Shown in pieces: positions 56,895-64,000 of a stretch of 64,000 bases of DNA; the first letter of the stretch is position 1; the number at the start of each line of letters is the position of its first letter. Both the position numbers and the translations under genes were made by a program. The notes under the pieces were generated by a model, which was not told the DNA's origin, ran no database searches, and saw only the letters and a program-made list of their open reading frames with translations. The stretch is from Candidatus Thorarchaeota archaeon (lineage in GTDB: Archaea; Asgardarchaeota; Thorarchaeia; Thorarchaeales; Thorarchaeaceae), in the NCBI GenBank assembly GCA_050124975.1, contig JASFEF010000002.1, positions 22,690-86,689 of the forward strand, given 5' to 3'.

Positions 56895-56973
56895 TTGATA
56901 CTCTAAGCTTCTATCAATTCCTTCTACAAAAGGTACTTAGCGCAACTAAAGGACACAAACTCGAGGCTCTCAG

Positions 56974-57744
56974 TTGAAGACTGTTATTCTACTTCAGAAA
57001 GCATATGGTGCATATAGAGGTCGACTACTGGAAACAATCAGATTTGAAGTTTCAGAGATGGTGGCAGAACTCGATGTCCAGATTACAAGCATAGGTACTG
57101 ACAAGAAAAATCACATCATTGTAAAAATCGATGGCGACGACGAAGAATTTGTAGGAAATGCCCTTACTAAGGAGTATGGCAGGTCTCTTCAATCTGACAA
57201 TCTAGTTCCAAACAAAGCATACCCTGGCCAGCTCATAGATGTTGGAAAAGTAGGTTATGGCCTATATTCAGATGTGGGAGTCACCGATTCCAAACGAATG
57301 GATGCATTAATTCCTCTCTATCAATTACGTGAACAGCTTGACTTTCATGGTCCCTTAAGGACAATCTCAGAAGCTTTTGTTCTTGTAGACTATCTTCCTG
57401 TTGAAGTGAACATCACAAACATCGATTTGTACAACGAAAGAGTGGAGGCAGAATTCGATCAATCCACACTGACTCGTATTTCAGACTGGATGCAAGATGA
57501 TCATGAACGTCTCTTGGTATTTGGCGCCAATCAAAATCAAATCGAAAGTTCGCTGAGGAAGACGAACCACAGAGAAGACATCTATGAGATAGAACAGCTG
57601 AGTAAGTTCGAGTTTTCGCTTAGATGTAAAAGAAGCACACGTGCTTCTGGGATACTTGCAGCCATTGGCCCTCGGCTCAGAGGTGTTCCAATGCACCTTT
57701 TCATACCAAAGGAACTTGAGGTGAAACAGAATGCCAAGACTTGA
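56974..57744 (+). CDS. conserved hypothetical protein
   Basis: 256-aa ORF with no recognised motifs. It sits between tfe and the TlyA-like gene. Confidence 0.35.
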   Translation: MKTVILLQKAYGAYRGRLLETIRFEVSEMVAELDVQITSIGTDKKNHIIVKIDGDDEEFVGNALTKEYGRSLQSDNLVPNKAYPGQLIDVGKVGYGLYSDVGVTDSKRMDALIPLYQLREQLDFHGPLRTISEAFVLVDYLPVEVNITNIDLYNERVEAEFDQSTLTRISDWMQDDHERLLVFGANQNQIESSLRKTNHREDIYEIEQLSKFEFSLRCKRSTRASGILAAIGPRLRGVPMHLFIPKELEVKQNAKT

Positions 57745-58408
57745 TGTATGGCTTGTAGAAACAGGTCACTTTTCATCGCGCCAAGCAGCAAAGCGTGCTA
57801 TCAAGGATGGCCTAGTCATCGTCAACGGGAAAAAAAGGAAACCATCTACCCAGGTTTCTGAGAAAGACACAATCAAACTACTGAGTACCGAGGCTGATGT
57901 TCCCCAAGGTTTTCAAAAGCTGAAAGAACTTGATGAGCGACTTCAAGACAAATTAGTATTCAGTGCATGTACTGCTCTAGATATTGGTAGTTCCGCAGGA
58001 GGATTTCTGATTTATTTGGCTGAAAAAGGCGTAAATGTCATAGGAATTGAGGTATCCAATAGATTTGCAGAGGAGCTACATGCTATCGTAGACAAATACC
58101 CTCAAGTTTCAGTGATTTTTGCAGATGCTTTCGATATTGATCCAACAATTATTGTCAACAATGGACAGCTTGATCTTCTTCTCATTGATGTAACAACTGA
58201 ACCAGAGGGTACATTGAAACTGATTGAAAGATACTCACCTCTACTCAAAAAAGAGGGGCGTTTGCTTGCAGCTTTCAAATCTGACCACAAACCCGAAACA
58301 CTAGCGTCATTCAAAGATGGTATCTCTCAACTTGGTTTTGATAAGATTCAAGAGATAATCCTAGACGAAACCCTTCAAGAACTACATATCACTGCACTTC
58401 ACATGTAA
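57731..58408 (+). CDS. TlyA-like rRNA 2'-O-methyltransferase (S4 RNA-binding + FtsJ-fold domains)
   Basis: An S4-like N-terminus (RLDVWLVETGHFSSRQAAKRAIKDGLVIVNG) is followed by the SAM motif ALDIGSSAGGF. Confidence 0.7.
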   Translation: MPRLDVWLVETGHFSSRQAAKRAIKDGLVIVNGKKRKPSTQVSEKDTIKLLSTEADVPQGFQKLKELDERLQDKLVFSACTALDIGSSAGGFLIYLAEKGVNVIGIEVSNRFAEELHAIVDKYPQVSVIFADAFDIDPTIIVNNGQLDLLLIDVTTEPEGTLKLIERYSPLLKKEGRLLAAFKSDHKPETLASFKDGISQLGFDKIQEIILDETLQELHITALHM

Positions 58409-58445
58409 GCAACTTTTTAATGGAAAGACAGACCCAACTCTCTCA

Positions 58446-58555
58446 GGGCCGCTAGTCTAGCCCGGCTATGATGTCTCGCTTACACCGAGAACTTTGTTGA
58501 GCTTCGTGCTCGACAAAATCGAAGGTCGCTGGTTCAAATCCGGCGCGGCCCACCA
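58446..58555 (+). tRNA. tRNA-Val (anticodon TAC) with a ~32-nt intervening sequence in the variable-loop region (non-canonical), CCA encoded
   Basis: The fold is GGGCCGC-TA-GTCT/AGCCCGGCTA/TGAT-G-TCTCG/CTTACAC/CGAGA-A[~58492-58522]AGGTC-GCTGG/TTCAAAT/CCGGC-GCGGCCC-A-CCA. Confidence 0.6.
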
Positions 58556-58659
58556 CTTTTCATCTTGATACCAAAGAGTTGAAGAGTAGGAGTACTAGAA
58601 TCTAAAAATGCGGTGAGTTCCTATCTTTAGAGTGGAATGACTACAGCCTATCTGGCCAA

Positions 58660-58781
58660 GCGGGAGTAGCCAAGCCAGGTCAAAGGCGGTGGACTTAAGA
58701 TCGCACAAAGACATGGGGTCAAGTGGATAAGATATCCACTCTCGTAGGAGTTCGTGGGTTCGAACCCCACCTCCCGCACCA
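58660..58781 (+). tRNA. tRNA-Leu (anticodon TAA) with canonical 37/38 intron (~34 nt, ~58700-58733), CCA encoded
   Basis: Acceptor GCGGGAG, D-arm GCC/AAGCCAGGTCAAA/GGC, anticodon arm GTGGA/CTTAAGA/[intron]/TCCAC, a long variable arm CTCGTAGGAGTTCG, and T-arm TGGGTTCGAACCCCA. Confidence 0.8.
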
Positions 58782-58837
58782 TGTGTTTTGATACATATCC
58801 CAACTTCTAAAACCAACATCAAAACGAGAGTCATACT

Positions 58838-59401
58838 ATGCCCATTCAGACCTTACTCACTTCAACAGGACTAGTCTTACTGATGGAGCTAGGCGACAAG
58901 ACAATGTTTACCACGATGTGTCTTAGTGCTCAGTACAGAAGGCCTGGGCTAGTACTTCTTGCGACTATGATTGCGTTAGCAACCTCGTCAATAATCGCAG
59001 TAATTGTGGGCTATGTTCTCTCCACAACACTTCCCATTGAAATCATAACTTATGTATCGGGAATTCTGTTTATTGGCCTTGGAATCTATACCCTTGCTAG
59101 AGCTAACTCTGAGGTTCCAGATACATGTGATAATCCGGGTACATTGTTTGGGATGTTCTCACTGGTCTTACTATCAGAGCTTGGTGACAAAAGCCAAATC
59201 ACAATTCTTGCTCTGGCCACTCAATCTCCCTTTTTCATCATGGTATTCATAGGCTCTATCATAGGGTTTCTTTTTGTGAATTCTATTGGTGCGATAGCCG
59301 GAAACCGTGTGGCAGCACGCATTCCATTGAAGACTGTGAAGATAGTTGTTGGGATAGTCTTCATACTATTTGGTACGCTCATAGTGATAGGAGTACTCTA
59401 A
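58838..59401 (+). CDS. UPF0016/GDT1-family membrane cation transporter
   Basis: Two E-x-G-D-K-(T/S) motifs are present (MELGDKTMF and SELGDKSQI) within a 6-TM protein. Confidence 0.7.
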   Translation: MPIQTLLTSTGLVLLMELGDKTMFTTMCLSAQYRRPGLVLLATMIALATSSIIAVIVGYVLSTTLPIEIITYVSGILFIGLGIYTLARANSEVPDTCDNPGTLFGMFSLVLLSELGDKSQITILALATQSPFFIMVFIGSIIGFLFVNSIGAIAGNRVAARIPLKTVKIVVGIVFILFGTLIVIGVL

Positions 59402-59413
59402 GTATCATATTTT

Positions 59414-60844
59414 GTGATGACGAAGCCTTTTATGACCTATCCGTCCTCTTTGAGTTCGAACTCGAAGGTGAGGATATCAATGAGTCTTGATGGTTCGGGT
59501 TATAGTGGTCTGGTACAAGAAAAGCTCTCCAATTCCGGTGTAAAGGTTGGAGATACAATTAGCATCAAGAAAGATGGAGAAGAGTATGTTGGAGTACTTA
59601 TGCCACGAAGCCAAGTCGGCAGCGATCAATTTCACATCATCATTAAGATTGAAAGTGGCTACAATATTGGTATCAGGTTGAACAAAGACTCTGAAATTAA
59701 AAGAATCAAGGGCAGTAAGAAGAGAAAAACAACCCCGCCAGAGGAGAAAACAGATACCAAGAACCTACCCAGTGCTTCAATTCTAAGTACAGGCGGAACC
59801 ATTGCCAGTAAAGTAGATTATCAGACTGGTGCTGTTAATCCTGCTCTGTCAGCACAAGACCTCTATGATACAGTTCCTGAACTTAGGAATTATGCCAATG
59901 TTCATGCAAAGGTCATCATGAGTGTGCTTTCTGAGAATATACAACCCAAAGACTGGACTAAGATTGCTCGTAGTGTGGCTTCTGAGATAAAAGGTGGAAC
60001 TGATGGAGTTGTGATAGCACATGGAACGGATACACTCGGGTCCACATCAGCAGCACTCTCGTTCGCACTCCAAAACCTTCCAGTTCCTGTAGTTCTAGTT
60101 GGTTCCCAGAGGTCCTCTGACCGTCCATCATCAGATGCTGCAATGAATCTGACAGGTGCAATCAACTTGGCTGTCAAAGCAGATGCCGCAGAAGTCTTTG
60201 TCTTAATGCATGCAGAAACAGGTGACAGCCATCTCCACGCTCATCGTGGATCTCGTACTCGAAAGTTCCATACAAGCCGTCGTGACGCTTTCCAATCTGT
60301 CAATGACTATCCAGTGTTTCGCGTAATTGGCGAAGATGTGAAAGAGTTACACACTCCACTATTACGAAGAAATCTAGAGAGAAAGTTGGTTCTGAAACCC
60401 AAATTTGAGGAGAAAGTAGCTCTGATTAAGACAAATCCAGGGGTTAAATCATCCATAATCGACTATTTTGTGGACACAGGTTACAGAGGAATCGTGATTG
60501 AAGGCACAGGCTTAGGACACGCTCCCAATCGTCTTCATTCATCAATCAAGAAGGCTGTTGATGCAGGACTCCTTGTAGCAATGTCTAGCCAGTGTCTATT
60601 TGGACGCGTAGATATGAACGTCTATCGCTCAGGTGTCGAGCTTCTTGACATCGGAGTAGTTCCCTGTGAAGATATGTTTCCAGAAACCGCCTTAGTGAAG
60701 CTCATGTGGGCTTTGGCTAATACCAAAAATCTAGAATCTGCAATAGAACTTCTATTGAAACCTCTTGTAGGCGAGATTGACATGCGTAGTGAGGAGGCTG
60801 AGTATATTTCAAGCCTAGGAGGAGACCATACTGGCTCAAGATGA
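59414..60844 (+). CDS. gatD: Glu-tRNA(Gln) amidotransferase subunit D
   Basis: An N-terminal AspRS-like segment is followed by an asparaginase-like domain (TGGTIAS; HGTDTL). Confidence 0.85.
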   Translation: MMTKPFMTYPSSLSSNSKVRISMSLDGSGYSGLVQEKLSNSGVKVGDTISIKKDGEEYVGVLMPRSQVGSDQFHIIIKIESGYNIGIRLNKDSEIKRIKGSKKRKTTPPEEKTDTKNLPSASILSTGGTIASKVDYQTGAVNPALSAQDLYDTVPELRNYANVHAKVIMSVLSENIQPKDWTKIARSVASEIKGGTDGVVIAHGTDTLGSTSAALSFALQNLPVPVVLVGSQRSSDRPSSDAAMNLTGAINLAVKADAAEVFVLMHAETGDSHLHAHRGSRTRKFHTSRRDAFQSVNDYPVFRVIGEDVKELHTPLLRRNLERKLVLKPKFEEKVALIKTNPGVKSSIIDYFVDTGYRGIVIEGTGLGHAPNRLHSSIKKAVDAGLLVAMSSQCLFGRVDMNVYRSGVELLDIGVVPCEDMFPETALVKLMWALANTKNLESAIELLLKPLVGEIDMRSEEAEYISSLGGDHTGSR

Positions 60845-60866
60845 GAGATACAGACAATTAGGCCTA

Positions 60867-62747
60867 ATGGTAGGTCTAGAACTTCACCAACAACTGAACA
60901 CACAACGCAAGCTGTTTTGTCATTGTCCAACAGTTATCCGTGATGAGGAACCAGATGGAAACTTCGTTAGGAGACTGCGTCCAACTCAAAGTGAGATGGG
61001 AGAAGTTGACCCTGCAGCCCTCTTTGAGTTTCAGAAACAAATGCGGTTCTGTTACGAGTATTACAACGACACTACATGTTTAGTGGAAAATGATGAAGAA
61101 CCACCTCATGACCTATGTGAAGAAGCTGTGGACATATGCTTGACAGTGGCTACTTTCCTCAAATCAAAACCCGTTGATGAAATTCATCCAATGCGGAAAA
61201 TTGTGATTGATGGATCAAATACAACTGGTTTTCAGCGAACAACAATCATTGCAAATGGTGGAGAAGTGGATGTAGGAGAGAAAACCATTGGAATACAGAC
61301 CATCTGTCTTGAAGAAGATGCTGCCAGAAAAATTGCAGACGATGATAAGAATAACATGAGAGTATACAGACTCGACCGTCTTGGCATTCCCCTAATTGAA
61401 GTTGCTACTGATCCTGACATACGAACTCCTGAGGAGGCACAGGAAGTTGCTCTTGCAATAGGTCTTCTCTTGAGATCAACAGGGTCCGTCAAACGAGGTC
61501 TCGGTACTATTCGTCAAGATGTTAACGTATCAATCAAAGAGGGAGCAATCATAGAAATCAAGGGATTTCAGCAGCTTGACATGCTATCAACACTGGTTGA
61601 ACTTGAAGCCCAACGACAAGAGAAACTCCTTGAAATTAGGGACACGTTAAAGACTCGTGGAATCTCTCCAAAGGACCTCAAATCAAAGTTCGTTGATGTC
61701 ACTACCATTTTTGACAAAAGTGAATCAAAAGTGATCAAAAAGGCTGTGAAATCTGGAGAAGCTGTATATGCCCTGAAACTACCTGGTTTTGCGAATCTCC
61801 TTGGTATTAAAGTTCAACCAAACCGAAGACTTGGGACCGAGCTCTCTGATTATGCCAAGTTCTGGGGAGGTGTTGGAGGGATATTCCATACGGACGAACT
61901 ACCCAAGTATGGAATCACATCCAACGATGTGTCAAACCTACGTCAAAAGGTCAACGCTCACGAACAAGATGCAGTAGTCATTGTTGCATCATCGAAAGAG
62001 CAGTGCCATGATGCATTAGAGGCAGTAGTAAACAGAGCCAAGGAAGCTGTGAAGGGGGTTCCAGCAGAAACCCGAACTCCACTTCCAGATGGCACATCAA
62101 AGTATGCACGTCCTAGGCCTGGATCATCTCGTATGTATCCCGAAACTGATGTGAGACCGGTCAAAATCACAGAATCACGCTTGAAGACAATTAAAAAGAA
62201 CATGCCTGAAACTATTGCGAATCGAGAAAAACGGTTCATCAAAGATTATGACCTGAGCCCAGATCTTGCCTACCAAATCACACGGTCTCAGAATCTCGAT
62301 CTCTTTGAACAGATAGTAAAGGAAACTAAGGTTTCTCCAACAATGATTGCAGCAACCCTAGAAAACACAATAGTCAGTCTTCATAGAGACCGTGTTCCCA
62401 CAGAGAATCTAGATGATGTCCACTTTCTTGAGATGTTCAAATCAATAGCCAAGAAAGCGATTTCATCAGAAGCAATACCCACAATTCTAACATTTTTCGC
62501 CAGTCATCCACAATCGAGCATTGAGAATGCAATAGAATCGACCGGTTTGGGAATGGCAACCAGTGGAGAGGTGGAAGATATCATCAAGAAGATAGTGTCC
62601 GAACGGGAAGATTTCATTCGAGAGCAAGGGGAACGGTCAGTAGGAGGTCTCATGGGCATAACCATGAAGGAACTTCGTGGGAAGGCTGATGGGAAGACAG
62701 TCAAGGAATTACTCGAAAAAGAAGTTCAAGCACTTCTTAAGTCATAG
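60867..62747 (+). CDS. gatE: Glu-tRNA(Gln) amidotransferase subunit E
   Basis: 626-aa ORF with MVGLELHQQLNTQRKLFCHCP and a GatB/YqeY-like C-terminus, directly downstream of gatD. Confidence 0.85.
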   Translation: MVGLELHQQLNTQRKLFCHCPTVIRDEEPDGNFVRRLRPTQSEMGEVDPAALFEFQKQMRFCYEYYNDTTCLVENDEEPPHDLCEEAVDICLTVATFLKSKPVDEIHPMRKIVIDGSNTTGFQRTTIIANGGEVDVGEKTIGIQTICLEEDAARKIADDDKNNMRVYRLDRLGIPLIEVATDPDIRTPEEAQEVALAIGLLLRSTGSVKRGLGTIRQDVNVSIKEGAIIEIKGFQQLDMLSTLVELEAQRQEKLLEIRDTLKTRGISPKDLKSKFVDVTTIFDKSESKVIKKAVKSGEAVYALKLPGFANLLGIKVQPNRRLGTELSDYAKFWGGVGGIFHTDELPKYGITSNDVSNLRQKVNAHEQDAVVIVASSKEQCHDALEAVVNRAKEAVKGVPAETRTPLPDGTSKYARPRPGSSRMYPETDVRPVKITESRLKTIKKNMPETIANREKRFIKDYDLSPDLAYQITRSQNLDLFEQIVKETKVSPTMIAATLENTIVSLHRDRVPTENLDDVHFLEMFKSIAKKAISSEAIPTILTFFASHPQSSIENAIESTGLGMATSGEVEDIIKKIVSEREDFIREQGERSVGGLMGITMKELRGKADGKTVKELLEKEVQALLKS

Positions 62748-62803
62748 AGACCGAAGGTTAACTTTTAATAGACTAGCTCAGCGTGTGCCTCTACGTGATA
62801 CGT

Positions 62804-62944
62804 GCCGCGGTGGCCTAGCCTGGTTAGGGCGCGAGACTCATAATCTGGCCGGGAAACCGGTTGACAACGGGGTCATTAGATTAGATGAGCGTCGAGAGAT
62901 GAGATATCTCGAAGTCGAGGGCTCGAATCCCTCCCGCGGCACCA
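62804..62944 (+). tRNA. tRNA-Met or tRNA-Ile2 (anticodon CAT) with ~63-nt canonical intron (~62843-62905), CCA encoded
   Basis: Acceptor GCCGCGG, anticodon arm CGAGA/CTCATAA/[intron]/TCTCG, variable loop AAGTC, T-arm GAGGG/CTCGAAT/CCCTC, then CCGCGGC-A-CCA. The G1:C72 pair argues against initiator tRNA. Confidence 0.75.
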
Positions 62945-63266
62945 TATCACCATTCGATTTTTGTCATGACGGGATTATTAGGTGCAATCTACACTTAACG
63001 CTATGAAGAAAGAAAAGTGGAAATTGGTAGGTGGTCGTGTCTATAGACTAGCAGAGATATTCGATAACATGTATGACGCGGCGCTACGAGCTAAGGAATT
63101 GAAAGAGAATAATCGCGTGTTCCTTTCAAAAATTGACAAAATACGATGGGCCGTATACTATAGACCAAGGGATCCTAATGTAGAATGCACTCCGAAGTAC
63201 TTCAATGTAGCATAGACAACTCAACCCTCTATTGGTGCTTAATAGAGTTCAAACACACATACGTTC

Positions 63267-63578
63267 ATGACAATCGACCCACTATTGACCGAAAATGATG
63301 CTGAGAACAAAAGAATCAGAGTGGAATCATTGGGTAGAGTTGTCAAACACATCCATCGTCCACACTTTGAGAAACTAATTCGCGAGTCCATCAGTTCAGG
63401 CGTTATTGATATCACAGACTGGACAATTGAGGCTGTGAGGGCACTCCTCAAAGTCTGTGCTGAGGAGAATCTCAGAGTCACCTTGAAAGACGGCACGCGG
63501 TATTTCATGCCTGTCAGATATCCAAAAGGTAAGATGCTAGAATCACTAGCTGATGCCATCGTGTCTGGTAAATGGTAG
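63267..63578 (+). CDS. hypothetical protein
   Basis: 103-aa ORF with protein-like composition. The overlapping 236-aa antisense ORF is Ser-rich low complexity and less plausible. Confidence 0.3.
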   Translation: MTIDPLLTENDAENKRIRVESLGRVVKHIHRPHFEKLIRESISSGVIDITDWTIEAVRALLKVCAEENLRVTLKDGTRYFMPVRYPKGKMLESLADAIVSGKW

Positions 63579-63644
63579 CCATCTTCCGGCTTTTTCGGTA
63601 ACCTCTTTATTGAAGTGAGTCCTAGTCGACACCGGAGATGGAGT

Positions 63645-64000
63645 ATGAATCTCACTTTCAAGACACTTGATGATGTGGATATTGCTGGAAAACGAGTACT
63701 GATTCGTGTTGACATCAACTGCTCTGTAGACCCAAAGACAAAACAGATTACTGATGCAACTAGGATTGAGGCTACTCGCGAAACACTAGTTGAACTCTCA
63801 AAAAGCAAAGTAGTACTGATGGCACACCAAGGGCGTCCCGGAAGCGATGATTTCATTTCGCTTGAGCAACACACTGCAATCCTAAAAGATATGGGGCTCA
63901 AAACAAGTTTTGTCGACGACATTTTTGGCGAGAAGGCAAAGAAAGCCATATCCCAGGTAAAAGATGGAGAAATACTAGTTCTTCAAAATGTTCGCTATTT
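63645..64000 (+). CDS. pgk: phosphoglycerate kinase, N-terminal fragment (continues beyond the window)
   Basis: MNLTFKTLDDVDIAGKRVLIRVDINCSVDP...LMAHQGRPG matches the PGK N-terminal signature. No stop codon occurs before the window end. Confidence 0.75.
   Translation, partial: MNLTFKTLDDVDIAGKRVLIRVDINCSVDPKTKQITDATRIEATRETLVELSKSKVVLMAHQGRPGSDDFISLEQHTAILKDMGLKTSFVDDIFGEKAKKAISQVKDGEILVLQNVRY

Noticed and set aside
62843-62905. Possible C/D-box guide sRNA inside the 63-nt tRNA-Met intron, as in some archaeal tRNA-Trp/Met introns.
   Set aside because: The intron has no UGAUGA box C or CUGA box D. It contains only GATGAG repeats and a GGGAAACC hairpin.
1-64000. CRISPR array or cas genes.
   Set aside because: No regularly spaced direct repeats of 25-40 bp and no Cas-like ORFs were seen anywhere in the window.

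Overview
This window reads as an archaeal chromosomal segment of roughly 40% GC. The lineage is probably TACK/Asgard-like, because an Rpo8-like RNA polymerase subunit is present alongside MBF1, TFE, GINS, PAN and NAC.

Most of the window is informational core. A replication cluster runs from about 7.1 to 16.9 kb on the minus strand in the order hel308, mcm, a GINS-like gene, rfcS/rfcL (plus strand), truA, a small wHTH gene and orc1/cdc6. Transcription genes include TFB, an Rpo8-like subunit, TFE-alpha and MBF1. Translation and tRNA-modification genes include S10, GatD/GatE, Trm11-like, Trm5-like, TruA, a TlyA-like methyltransferase and LigT. PAN and NAC are also present.

There are five tRNA genes. 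Four carry introns, and two of those introns sit at non-canonical positions.

Metabolic genes include glmS, isopentenyl-phosphate kinase, iorAB, a korA-like alpha subunit, an ADP-forming acyl-CoA synthetase alpha subunit, hypF, a histone-deacetylase-like gene, a class-V aminotransferase-like gene, and an adjacent lysine-ketoglutarate-reductase-like / saccharopine-dehydrogenase-like pair.

Three things stand out as more than routine annotation:

- The intergenic region at about 40.2-41.1 kb has the architecture of an archaeal replication origin. Two inverted ORB elements (consensus CTCnAGTGGAAAC(C)AAGGGG) flank an AT-rich unwinding element of about 100 bp. Two TTCCAnTGGAA dyads sit alongside, and the 12-bp palindrome GAACACGTGTTC occurs four times. 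This region is 24 kb from the orc1-mcm-rfc cluster. A third near-identical ORB lies at about 36.6 kb.
- A surface-apparatus locus at about 22.5-30.7 kb combines a FlaI/VirB11/TadA-class secretion ATPase, a Flp-like pilin, an intron-bearing tRNA-Glu, a sequon-rich surface protein with a C-terminal membrane anchor, and a 1263-aa membrane-anchored HerA/VirB4-like ATPase.
- A hairpin motif, TAATAC-N2-4-GTATTA-CAA, recurs exactly between convergent stop codons at three sites.

No CRISPR array, integrase or transposase was recognised.
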